The position numbers and the translations under genes were made by a program. The notes beneath the pieces were generated by a model. That model did not search any database and had not been told where the DNA came from. It saw nothing but the letters and a program-made list of their open reading frames with translations. Source: Azolla caroliniana (lineage: Eukaryota; Plantae; Polypodiophyta). Taken from it: a DNA stretch of 64,000 nucleotides. The stretch spans positions 16,368,001 through 16,432,000 of the forward strand of contig JBHGNT010000006.1 in assembly GCA_043228905.1 (NCBI GenBank), read 5' to 3'. Every line of letters starts with the position of its first letter. The stretch's first letter is position 1. Shown piece after piece: positions 11,373 through 23,959 of the stretch.

Positions 11373-14300
11373 CATCGACTTCCGTTCCCAAATGAAAGAA
11401 ATCGGAGCCGAAACAAGCTCGTTTTAATCCATTTGGATGTATGTAGACCGGCGCAGAACGTGAGTTTTAGTGGAAGTCGTTACTTTGTAACCTTCATCGA
11501 TGACTACAGTCGATGATCAAGAAGAAAAGCGAAGTCTTTTCCTACTTCTTGAAGGTGAAAAGCCTTGCTGAACGGGAGACAGGACGAAAGATCAAGAGTA
11601 CTTTTTTGACCAATTCTCTAGCTATCTGCAAAAGGAAGGAATTTTCGACGTGAATTCTCCTGCAGATACATGTCGCAACAAAAGGTGTGGCTGAGACGAA
11701 GAATCAAACGATCCAACAAGTGGCAAGGGCAATGCTTGAGGAGAAGCATATGCGGAAGTTCTATTTGGCCGAAGCAGTCAGAACAATCGTTTACCTACAT
11801 TGGACATTTGCAAATGGAGGAGTCTCGCTACATGAGGTGTATTTCGGGAAGAAGCCAAACTTGGCACAATTGAGGGTATTCTGTAGTATCGCATATGTGC
11901 ATGTGCCGAAGGAGAAGCAAAGGAAGTTAAACACGAAAGCCAAGAAGTGTATCTTGATCGGCTACTCGAATCAGCAAAAGGGTTATAAATGTTATAACCC
12001 CCGAATGAAGGAGGTTCGAGTAAGCCAAGATGTCATTTTCGATGAGTCGTCTTCATGGTACTTGCCTTCACCTCCAACCCCCATCCACTCCATACTGAAT
12101 TTTGAAGATGAGGCCAGTGAGGCCGAATTGTCCCTGTATGAGGAAGAAATCGGAGCTCTGGAAGATAGTCCGATCTCATTTCGGCCAAGTGGACCGAACG
12201 AGCGGCTGAGTCAAAAGGACCAGTCATATGATGAGTTGGCCAGTAGTGGAGACTCGGTCGTGTAGTCCCCGCACTAGAAACTGAGGAGACAGTTTACACG
12301 CAAGGAGAAGGGGAAGATGAAGATGATGAAATACGCCAATGAGGCTGATACATCGGATCGAAGCGAATTCGATTTGGCTAGAAGCAAGGAGGGACCTCCA
12401 AAAACAAGGTCGAAATCGACCGACAGGTCCATGAAATCGGTGAACCAGAAGTTGCATTGATCCACCCGCTAGAAGAATCCCGTAATTCGGTATGGGTATA
12501 ATGAGTATATGGTGCATCATTATGCATATATGGCGAAGCTGGCAGAAGCGCGTGAGACGGAAAGCTACGTAGAAGCGACGAAAGTCGCCAATTGGCGAAA
12601 ACCCATGGAGGAAGAGATGCAAGCATCAGAGAACAAGACTTGGGACTTGGTTGACACCCCCAAGGGTGTGACGGCAACCGGATGCAGGTGGGTGTACAAG
12701 GTCAAGTAGAACGACGATGGCTCCGTCAACCGATACAAGGCCCAATTGGTGGCCAAGGGCTACAAGCAAAAACACGACATCGATTACAATGAGACCATCG
12801 TGTCAGTCGTGAAGATGACAACTATCCGTGTATTACTAGTTGTAGCAACGGCAAAGGGGTGGCACTTACATCATATGGATGTAAAGAACGCATTACTACA
12901 AGGCGATCTTGAGGAACAAGTATACATGGTACAACACCCCGGATTTCTATCCGAACAGAACATATCGGCAGTTTGCCGATTGAAAAAGTCATTGTATGGA
13001 CTCAAGTAATCCTCGTGTGCTTGGAACGCAAAGATCACGCAGCGACTGCGTAAGATGGGGTTTGCTCCGTCAAAATCAAACTCTTCATTGTTCATTCGGA
13101 CGAGTCAAACCAGACCAATTAGCATTCTGCTATATGTCGATGATCTAGTCATTGCTGGCGCCAACCTTAGAGAAATCGGCCGAGTAAAGTCTCAGCTTTT
13201 GACATCATTTGAAATGAAGGATCTGGGGGACCTTCATTACTTCCTCGGGATCAAAGTGGTCCAAACCCCCGAAGGCATTTTGCTCAGCCAACATCATTAT
13301 GTGTTGAATATGCTCTTCAAATTCGGGATGGGAGATTGTAAGTTCGTCTCAACCCCTCTGGACAGAAACATGAAGCTTCGCCAACATTCGGGAACGACAT
13401 GTGACCCGACAAGGTTCCGATAGATTGTCAGAAGCCTCATTTATTTTACGATCACTTGGTTGGACCTCAATTATCCGGTCGGCTTGATCAGTCAATTCAT
13501 GTCACAACCAAAGGCCGACCACCTTCAATACGCACAAAGGATATTGTGATATGTCAACGACACCAAGGATAGGGCGTTGTTGTATCGAATAGGAGTAGCC
13601 AAGGAGTTAGTCGGCTACATAGATGCCGATTGGGCCGGAAATGTCGGCAATTGCAGGTCAACATCTAGATTCGCATTTTCGTTGGGAAGCATCGCGATCA
13701 CCTGGAGCAGCAAAAAGCAACCGACAATGCATTGTCAAACAATGAGGCCGAGTATTGAGGGGCAGTTATCACTACGTGCGAAACCATTTGACTCAAAAGG
13801 CTATTGAAGGATCTGCAGGTGGAGGTGTCTAAACCGACAGTGATATACTACGACAACTTCAACAGCATCCTTGACATGTCGAACTTGTGGGGGAGGTGTG
13901 AAGCCGAAAAGGAGAGAGACGAAGTCTGAAAAGTTGAATCGGATGAAGAATTCGATTTTGGCACGACTAAAGAAGTCAGAACATCTGGATTGGCTGAAGA
14001 AGCCGAGGACACATGGATAGGTGGAAGATCGGTTAAGCAAAGACTAGCCAGATGTAGGGGGAGCGGTCGAAAGAGAGTGTCGAAGCCAAAGCCAACCAAA
14101 CCAAGCAGGTAGAGTCGAGAGAGGCAACAGAAGCGGTAGAGTAAAAAAGGACAGAGCCGACCAAGTGAAGGCCAGGACCAAGACGTGGGCAGATGTGGTC
14201 AAGGGCCTGAAGGAGGACGAATTGAAGACAACCAATTCGAACAAGAACAGGAACGAATCGGAGATAGCTGATTTGATCGAGTAGTTTGATTCAGACGAAC

Positions 14301-14874
14301 CGAATCACATGAAGGCTAGGCGGACGAGAAGGTAGCCGAAGTCGACGTCAAGACGGAAGAGCCGACGAGTCAAGAGGCGCCAATACCGCAATAGTGAGGG
14401 AGTTGAGACGGGCTTGAGTAGCAAACAAGCCAACCGTAGGGGTCAAGGTGCACGAAACCCGACGAGTCGAGGAGCGCCAGACTGGAGGGGTCATGGGACG
14501 TGGGACCGGATTGGATGAGGAGCACAAGCAAGGTGTGGGGACACCATGAGAGGAGGCTGGATTGACGAACCAGCTAGAGCTGACACGGTGGAACCTCAAG
14601 TTGAGCTTGAGGGGGAGTGTTGAGAGACAAGCTCAACATGGGCCAAATCGGCTGAAGAAGCTGAGAACCGAATCGAATAGAGCTTAATTCAGGTGTGCCG
14701 AGTCAGATGAAATCCAAAAGGCCGTTAGTGTCGGGCTCATTTATGAGCATTCAAGTACTGATGGTACTTGTGTCAACCCACTCGTGAAGGGCTTGTATAA
14801 AAAATGTACTCTGAGCACTATTGTAAATACTAAGTAAGTCTCTTAGTAATTGAAATATTGTTGTCTGCTCCACT

Positions 14875-14916
<42 letters not shown>

Positions 14917-14988
14917 GTTTACCTAATTGTCGAGTTTCTGAATAACCGGTGTCTATTGCACATGCTTCCGCACACGTATTCTTTTACA
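11365..14988 (+). mobile_element. 5'-truncated degenerate Ty1/copia (integrase-RT-RNase H), long 3' region, PPT and 3' LTR (14618-14988)
   Basis: YFVTFIDDYSR (IN), KGYKCYNP, HMDVKNALLQG and LYVDDL (RT), YIDADWAG (RH). PPT TGAGGGGGAG; LTR TGTTGAGA...CTTTTACA. Confidence 0.9.
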
Positions 14989-16942
14989 CTTCACAAAAAA
15001 TATAATATACAAGTTAGTCAAGTCTACTTTTAGCACACTACGTCTATAATAAAATATTACTATAATTAATATAAGAAATTAATTAGACAAAATAAGTTTT
15101 ATTCGAACCGACTCATAATACTTCAAGATCAACGACAATTAATCGTTTTGACTACCCATGGCCATCAATAGCAACAGAACTGATATTTCATGGATCTTAA
15201 ACCAATGGGCATGTTGTGATGTCTAGCTTTTGTTCAAAAATATAGACAATTTTATTTAAGTTGTGGAGAGACAATTGGGTGTTGTTGAAAAATCCATCCA
15301 TTGAAGTTTTTTGTTGGATGTATAACAATAATGGTGCTTCAAAACATAGCATTTGTTTAAAGTTTACATATAATCTTTTCATCGATATCCCTTCATATTA
15401 ATATTTTTATAACTTATGCTATTAAAAAAAATGCCAATCTAAAAACTCACAAAACTTAAGAAGCAAACTAGCAATGTAACTTAGATATTAGAGAAGTATT
15501 TGTTGGACTCTATGCAATGAATCATGGAGAACTTTATGCACTTCAACTTTTGTAATGTGTATGATACCTTCCCCTACCCGAAATTCATCTTAATATTACA
15601 CCAATACTAGTAAAATCATGCTCCATACATTACGAATTCCCCTTTAAACGTCGTGTGTATAAATTCTTCAAATTATATGATAAATGCAAGAGCAAGCATC
15701 CATTTTGTTAAATATTAAAGTTCCATGACCCTTCAGCAATCTAGATTAAAGGTTTAAACATATAATAATTGTTGTAACAAAGCATCTTCAGTGTTAAACA
15801 AAGGTTCATTTGAGTTTAATTATGGTGATTCTTGCATTCAAAATTTTTTGATTGGAATGCATGTTGGTCATCTAATAAATACACTGCAAACATCATCAAA
15901 TCTTGTTTAATATCCATCTATGCTCATAAATAAATTGATTATCTCCGGAGTTTGTTGTCCCAAATAAAGTGGAGTATAGTCCCAGGATACACACATGTTT
16001 GGATTCATGCAACATGTTAGCTACTCAGAAGCTGGTGTTGAGAAGCATGTTCATAATTCAACACCCATTGTCTCTGTTCTAACATGTGGTTCATCTTGCC
16101 TAAACACATCCAATCTCAGAAACACACAAAAAACAAAGTTCATAAAACATGTACTACATGCTATAGATTGATTCTTATATACATAACTTCACTCAAATTC
16201 ATACATGGATGAAAATGCCACAAATCCATGTATGAAATTTGAAGCAATTGTTACTAGAGACAAGGCACTCTCATTGTATATTCTTGGTCATGATTTCAGA
16301 CACAAGAGCTGGAAAACTCAGTTGAATCAAATCATTAGTTATGAAAATACTCCTCAGAATATCTACAACATATTCAATGAAAGATGTGGTCAACTAGAGA
16401 CAAAGACTCATAAAAGTTCACTTTGACCATTTGGGGATCTAAAATGAAGAGTGAGTTTTTCAATATTGACAAGGGGAGCACCTACAATTGCCATTGCCAT
16501 CCCCTATCTTTGGAATAAGATACTACACTGTATTGATTGGAGAAGTTAAGATGTCATCACATCAACCTCCACAAATTATTTGCATACAGCATTGCTTTAT
16601 ACTATCATACAGTGGTAGAAAGATTCTTTTACTCAGTATAAACTCTCGTAATGGAAACAATGCTCATTTGAGGTGGGAAAAAGAAAATCAATTCTACAAA
16701 CCGTTTGTAACTGAGAGAATGAGTGAGAAATTTTCTTAAGTCAAGAAATAATCCTTTAAAGAGGAGTGGAGCAAAAAGTGACCTGAGCAAAGCAAAAATA
16801 TGGAAGAAAAAAAAATGAAAGCATTAAATTGAGGAAAGGGAATGAGCCTCACTGAGATGGTGGATTCTTTTAGGGTTTCAAAACTTGTGTATGGGGGACC
16901 TATGAGATCCAATAGATACAAGAGCTAGCAAAAGTTTTTTCA

Positions 16943-19900
16943 TCATCTCTGCGATGAATCCAAGGTCAAGATGTGATTTACTTTCTGAATCATGAATTGC
17001 TGCGCCATCTGAACACCCTCTGCTGTTCCGGTTATTGTTACTTTGCTGCGAGAATCATAATAAACACATTCAAAACAGTAAAAACATTCATGAGAATCAT
17101 AAAATATGGTTGGCCACTCTCAAGTTTATAAAATGAGCTCCTGAAACAACTCGCACTACCAATTTTAAGATTACTCTATGGGTTTCAAATGAATTTATGC
17201 TCAAGTTATTCATTTTTACTTCACACATAAGCTGGCTTTTAACTTTGAAATATAACTGAAGCTTAACCTTGCAAATATTAAGGCAATTCGCTGCTAAATA
17301 AAAACTATCTATGACTTTTTTTTTGCTAATTAGTAATAACATCTATTCAAATGATCCATATTTTATACATCCCATTTTTGGTCTTGATAACAGTGATGAG
17401 GCTTTGATAGTGTATTAATATATGATAATTTTCCAAATTTACTGGCAACTAGGATGTAGATATCAGTGCATTTTGGGAATCTTGTAATTGAGCTGCATTT
17501 TGGATATTCTTGTAAAATTAGAGTGGCATTACGATAAAATGCCATAAGCCATCATTTGAATACAAACAACATCAAGGATACCTACCGATCAGTTGTACCC
17601 GGAACATAATCACCCCGATCTGAAATTTTAATTCGGACACCACTGCTCTGAAAATTACAAACAAAGAAAAGGTCAAACGAAGTTAAGCAAAACACTTGAT
17701 GAAAACAATTTGTACAACCACCCCGAAATATACCTGCTGAATGTCTGTTATTATTTTTCCACCCCTGCCAACAATAGCACCAACATGCTCATCAGGTATG
17801 GTAAAATTTAAAGTGGTGGGTGATGACCCTCCCGGAATCACTGGTACTCCTCCCACAGAATTCGTTTGCATCGGAATTACTGATGGTATTAGACCCTATT
17901 TTGAAATAGTGAAGTTCAGCATCGTACAATTGCAAAGGTACTTTCATTATATTGCCCATTTTTATACTTATCCCTAAGTACATAGCCAACCTTCATCCGA
18001 TATTCACCATTCATGCCATTACGCAGCAATGGTGCCCTTCCATAACCCATCGATGAGTATCCTGCAGTAGGAGGACCACGCAATCCCACTACATTTGATG
18101 CTAAACCTGGGTGCTTATCATTCATAAACTATGTTTAGACAAGACGCAATACTAACGCAAAGAAGAACGACAGCACCAAAATTTCCTATTCTTACCTGTA
18201 TACGAAAGTGATGTAGAAGCATATTGATGATAATTTGGATCTTCAGAAAGCTTTGTTACTATAAGTGCAGCAGCGCGCAGTTGCTGATCTAAAGTGCCAG
18301 TTATTGTGACAATGCGATCATTAACTCCTGGAAGACTCTGTTCTAGAGGAGATAGCTTTATACTTGCATTTGACTCCTCAACAAATCCTCTGCATTATTG
18401 TGCAATAACCAAGGATGAGAGGGAAGACAGAATATATAATAATAATAATGCAAATGATCAAAGAAAACAAATATACCATCCTTATTTTAAAATTACTTCA
18501 AACATGTATATTGGTAATCAGAAACAAAATGAAAATCCTAACTAGATGTAAAATCTTCAATGGTATAAAAATCCCATTGGGAATTATACTTGTACAACAT
18601 CATGCCGACTAATATCACGATTCCTATCCAATAACTACAGAATCTATCAACCAAGGGTTTACCGTAGAGGTCAATAAAAATCATGCATGTCGCATTCTGA
18701 CACATGACCCAATCGTAAATTAAGCCAATCATTTAAGTTGCTTGTGAACCGTTTTCTTGTTTAGTACTATCTAGTTCCCTGTCTTTACTCCAATTCTTCC
18801 AACCAATTTCAGCATCTCCTTCTCCTTCATCTATTTGTTTTATTGATGAGGCACATAACCCACCACAGCAGTAGTTTGTTCTCTCTCCTGTCCAGTCAAG
18901 TAGCATCATCCTCCATGCAAGTTGTTTCAAGACATAACCACCATGCCGGTAGTTCGTTCACTCTCCAGCCCAGACCAGTAGCATCATCCTCCATGCAAGT
19001 TGTTTCATGACTATGCATATACTCTTCATTATCTACTTGAGACACGTACATCAAATCTCCAACAATTTCTAGGTAGTCTTGTTTTCCCAAATTCCCCCTC
19101 ATTTCTTTCAAATAGGGGCCAAATCTAGTATATTAGAACAGTAGTTTTAATTAATAAGTTTTTCTATGATTTTGGTAATGCTTATGAGTGTCGATGCAAG
19201 CTTGATCAAGAATAAAATAAGAATTTTCAATTCATCCTAACAGAATGGATGTCTCAAGTGAAAAACAGCAGTCTCGCTATGTCCATCTCAAGATCAAGCC
19301 TTGAAGACTAAAGTCTCAGGTTTAGCTAACTAAGGTTTGAAAACCTGGAACCTATCAAGTACTCATCTCACAAAGATGGTTGAAGATATTTAAGGAAAAA
19401 ACAAATCATATGTTTTCTTGAAACAAGGTACCTACTCTTTTGTATACTTTTCATAATTGAGGTCTGAAAACTAGAATCAAAGTGAAGGTCCTTGTGTGAG
19501 AGTACATTTTTCAGGAATTACTTTTTCAGTAGATATGAAATGAGGTCTATTATGGTGAATATTCATACAGTATTGATGACTCACTCTACAATAAGCAGTG
19601 TTGTTATTAATCAGTTCGCAGTACTCATGCACATCATCTCCAGTCTTGAAGGATTCACATATTTTCAGGTTTTCCAATCGAGGAGATCCTGATAATCTGT
19701 CATGAACTTCTGTAAATTGATCCCCCACCAACTCAGGGACGTTAATAGAGTCAACATCCAGGTGGTCAATCATTATGTTGATCCAAAGTCAAAGTTCAAA
19801 GCATCTTGTAACTCGTACATACTCTTTCATCTTGCATCAAATAGTGACTGGTTCAATTGATCCTACCTTCACTATACTCCAGATATGTCTCATTAGGATA

Positions 19901-21161
19901 CGTAAATATTAATGTGACACAGTCTTTGCTATTCCTTTTTTCTTTTCTCTGTTTCCTTTTCTTTATCTTCATTTTGTCTCTCACTACGTAACAAATGCTA
20001 CCATTTGTCTTCTTTTTCTAGCATCAGCTTCAAAGGAGCTTCTTTCGGTGCACATAGTTGTTTGCAAACATAAAACACATGTCCACATCATTCCAACACA
20101 CAACTAAAAATTACAGAAGAACTACAATCATTACATGAACAGGAAATCTGAATCCTTGTTTACATTAACAAAATAACAGTAAGAGCATGTCAACATACTT
20201 TATTGTTGCACCTGCTTTGCCAATAATTGCTCCACATACAGGATTGGGAACAATAAGCCTGACCTGGTTTGGTTTCATATCCTGGCTGTTATCTTTCTCA
20301 CCCTATTTCCAAAACGTAGAAGTAAGAATTGGCATAAAATAAGTAACAAAGCCAAATGTACATGGGCTCCACGGGAACTATTAATAAATGATTTTACCTC
20401 ACTGATTATTTTTGAAAGTATAAGATGAAATGCTGTCAAAACTTCTTTAACAGCACCACTAAGAGAGATTATCCGATCAGATGTTCCTGGGAAATATTCA
20501 TGGTTCCTGGAGAGCTGAATTTTAGCACCCGACTGAGTTTGAAACTCATTAATGGTAGTTCCGCCCTTTCCAATTACTGATCCTGCAGCTATATTTGTGA
20601 TAAGGAATCGAATGCTCGATATAGATTTCTCGATGGTCTCTGCGAGAAAACAGCATTGTCCGCATAAACAAACCAAAAAATATGCTAGAAACACATTGAT
20701 ATGTTCATTCTTCCTAATCTAGTATGCATCTCGAATAGAGTGGGGGTGAGCTCAGATTCTAACTTTTTAGGCAAGGCATTTAAGGAGCACAAGTATATCT
20801 TTATTGTATACCTGATGCACACGGTTCTCTAGCTTTAGAACTCGAATCCCCCAATGTAGTCAAATTTTACTCCAAAATAGTCACCATACAACAGTTTTTA
20901 TATCTGTCATTTCCCCTTGTTCTAGATACAAGGAGGATATAAACTTCTATGTATACATCTGGTTCAAATCTCATTCACTTCAATGCTTTAGTGCTTTCCA
21001 CTATGGAATGTAGGGATTGTTCCCAGCCATTTTGACGACTGATGTCTCTAGCGCTATAATGAGCAATCAAATGTTTGCCTTCAGCTCTAGGATTTGTATT
21101 AATTTTCTTTAAATTATTATTTACGATGATGATATTCTATCATATATGAGACTATAGTTGT

Positions 21162-21195
<34 letters not shown>

Positions 21196-21913
21196 GCTGT
21201 ACCCTAATGGTGAGTCAAGTACTAACTCATGCACCCTGGTTCAAATCTCACCATATGCATTATTTTATTATGGATGCTACTGCGAAATGTGGGGTGGTTG
21301 AATCATGACCTTCTGATATCCACCGGACAACCTTACCACCCGAGCTATAATGGTCTGAGCCCTAACTGTGAATATATCATACATACATGCATGCATATAT
21401 GTGTGTAGAATAACGATTCTTTATATATCTACTCAGCACACTTCCTGGAACAGATCAGATAATGACATAAAAATAAAAATTAGTTAAGGGACTATCTCTC
21501 TCTCTCAATCCACGGATACACGTATACATATGTATGAGAGAGACGGACACACAGATGCACACGCGTATGTGTACGTACTTGGTTTAGGGATGTGTTTGTC
21601 TGTGGAAAACGTCGAACTGAGGTGAAATCCACAATGAATATGTACCAAGTATCACATTAGAACAACACAAAAAATTAAGCCCCCCCCCCCACACACACAC
21701 ACAAGCATACATATATGTACATGCACATACATTGTACATACATAATCTGCTGCATAAGGAACGTCTAAAAAAGACAGAAGCATAGACATGAAGAGAAAGA
21801 GAGGGAGAGGGAGAGGGAGAGAAACCTGATGAAGGTGGAGAAGAAACGGTAGGAGGATGAGGCATTGGAGAGGAGTCAGATTGGGTGCGTTCGGGTGAGC
21901 GTGAAGAATCCAT
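16943..21913 (-). CDS. BTR1: Triple KH-domain RNA-binding protein, BTR1/NOVA-1-like, 356 aa, 8 coding exons
   Basis: Exons 21913-21826, 20639-20398, 20302-20199, 18389-18196, 18106-17991, 17895-17734, 17647-17586 and 17045-16943 have GT-AG borders and consistent phases, total 1071 nt. Three KH loops: [28 protein letters not shown]. Family motifs [16 protein letters not shown] and [22 protein letters not shown]. Symbol is by similarity to Arabidopsis BTR1. Confidence 0.92.
18852..19007. repeat. Two-copy ~78-bp tandem duplication in intron 3
   Basis: AGTAGCATCATCCTCCATGCAAGTTGTTTCA at 18899-18929 and 18977-19007, with similar upstream halves. Confidence 0.75.
21270..21352 (-). mobile_element. 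tRNA-derived SINE fragment in intron 1
   Basis: Minus strand TAGCTCGGGTGGTAAGGTTGTCC...GGTCATGATTCAACCACCCCACATTTCGCAGTAGCATCC aligns with the SINE at 25172-25322. Confidence 0.65.
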
Positions 21914-22075
21914 AACAAGGGGACAAAGCAGAAGAAATAAGAAGGTTGGGTTGGGTTGGGGGCAGAAGAGAATTCACGAGTCAGTTCCCTGTGTAGTAGT
22001 AGATTCACGGGAAGGAAGGAGATCGATGAGGGGGAGATCTGTGCGGAATGCAGAAGAGCAGCAGCATCATCGTGT

Positions 22076-22176
22076 TCTCTTCTCTTCTCGTCTCGTCTCG
22101 TCTCGTCTCGTCTCGTCTCTTCTCTTCTCTTCTCTTCTCTTCTCTTCTCTTCTCTTCTGATGAGGTCCGCAGAGAT

Positions 22177-22223
<47 letters not shown>

Positions 22224-22232
22224 CTGTGTCTG
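22076..22232. repeat. Compound microsatellite (TCTCG)n(TCTCT)n(CT)n upstream of the KH gene ATG
   Basis: Directly visible. It explains the low-complexity ORFs at 21652-22418. Confidence 0.9.
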
Positions 22233-22337
22233 TCCAAGGTCTCCGCTTGTTTGTCTGTACATACGATACGAGCGCAGAGCACACATACACACACACACAT
22301 CACACATTGGCAGAGGAGGAGGTAACATACATGTATG

Positions 22338-23000
22338 CATAGATTGACATATTCGCATTCGTGGGGTTTCCCATTCGAACGCATACGAATGCATGGTCCA
22401 GTATTCGTTTATCCCCAAAAAAAAAAAGAGTCCAAGAACTCCCTCTTTTTTAGTTTACTAGGATAAAAAAAAAGAGACTTCACAATACAATAAAAAGGAA
22501 CATTAAGAGGGAGGGACTTGACACTAATAAATTTTTATAATAAATATAAAAGTATTCTTTTTATTTTTAATAAATAAATAAAATATAATAAAGGTTCATT
22601 AATTCTTCACTTTTTATTCTCTCAAAAATTATAGATATTTTTATTTTGATATTAAAAATTGGACTTCACACTAATCGTATTTCTATAATAAATATACAAA
22701 TATTCGTTTTTTAAAACAAATTAATTAATTAAAATAAAGGTTCTTAAACTTCCCTATTTTTTATTTGACACTATAAAAGAGAGTTAATACTAATCATATG
22801 TATATAATCTATTAATGAATGATTGTTCTTTTTTTAGTGAAATTAAATTTATTTAAATAAAAAAATAAATAAATTAATATTTTATATATTTTTGTAAAAC
22901 GAATGGTTTTATAATATTCTTGGGGCCATTTCGTATTCTCGAATATTGAGAATATCACGCATGGAGAATATGACAAATATCACGCATGTGTCAATCTATG
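22338..23000. mobile_element. hAT-type MITE in the KH gene upstream region
   Basis: TIRs CATAGATTGACA / TGTCAATCTATG, 8-bp TSD CATGTATG (22330-22337) / CATATATG (23001-23008), AT-rich non-coding interior. Confidence 0.75.
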
Positions 23001-23164
23001 CATATATGTATGTATGTGTATATACATACATATATGTACATTTATATGTATGTACAACAAGTTTATTTGTAGTGGTAACTTGTTAATTTACTAGCTTTAC
23101 ATTTTGGATTTGAGATCCAGTTTTCTCATTTCTCCATTATTATTACTCCATGGATATCCTCCTA

Positions 23165-23412
23165 ATTTACTAGATGCCATTGTGAAATTTAGGTGTTGAA
23201 TCCATGACCTACTTATTATTAGTCTTCATCCCACACATCCATCTGGGTACCTCTCTTTTGTTCTTATAAAGAGCTTACCCAATAGTGGTAAGCTGTTTAC
23301 ACTAGGTAGCACTACATCTTGGGTTCGAAACCCAATTTTCTCACCTCTCTATTATTACACCATAATGACCACCTAGTCTCCATTGGGCAACCTTACCGAC
23401 TAACCTACATTC
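23165..23412. mobile_element. Cluster of tRNA-derived SINE fragments
   Basis: 23165-23210 and 23362-23412 are reverse complements of parts of the 25172 SINE. 23281-23335 has plus-strand A/B-box-like TAGTGGTAAG...GGGTTCGAAACCC. Confidence 0.55.
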
Positions 23413-23959
23413 ATTTGGGCTCTCTCTCTCTCTTTGAGATGAAAACACACCATTTATATAAATGTGTGAAAAACACAACTTACAATGGGTGTTCACAATG
23501 GAGTATGATCACCCACTAAATACACTACATGGGTAGTGGAACATGTTGAATTGCCAATAAGCTAGACAAACACTCCGTCGAGGAAAGAATTATCATTTGC
23601 TCCAATAAAGAAATTTGTCACATTAGTACTCCCTTCAACTTTTGCCTATATGCTTTCACTCCATGCCTCTAATACAGGCTCGCAAAGAAATGTGAAATAT
23701 GATACATCGTAAAAGACGAGCGCGGAAGGCATCCCAATATTGGGACCTCTACCATATGCTCATGAGTAACAATTGTGCCACTACCCAAAGGAGATTACAA
23801 TAACAAGACCAAAACAACCATTAAAGTTACTAACACCTAGTACACATATATAGAGAAGATACTATCTATCCTATAGGGATGGGGACCCATGGAAGAGTGC
23901 AACATAGCAAAGGAAGATGGACGGTAGGTCAACATTCTTGTAACAACGATTTATAACTA

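Noticed and set aside
15150-16150. Decayed DNA-transposon coding remnant
   Set aside because: Only vague motif resemblance, with no TIR or TSD found.
19477-19773. 98-aa ORF in intron 3 as an alternative exon
   Set aside because: No recognisable domain or convincing splice sites, and the gene model is complete without it.
21652-22418. Overlapping ORFs of 91-214 aa
   Set aside because: Translations of microsatellites (ERER, SLSL, RDET).
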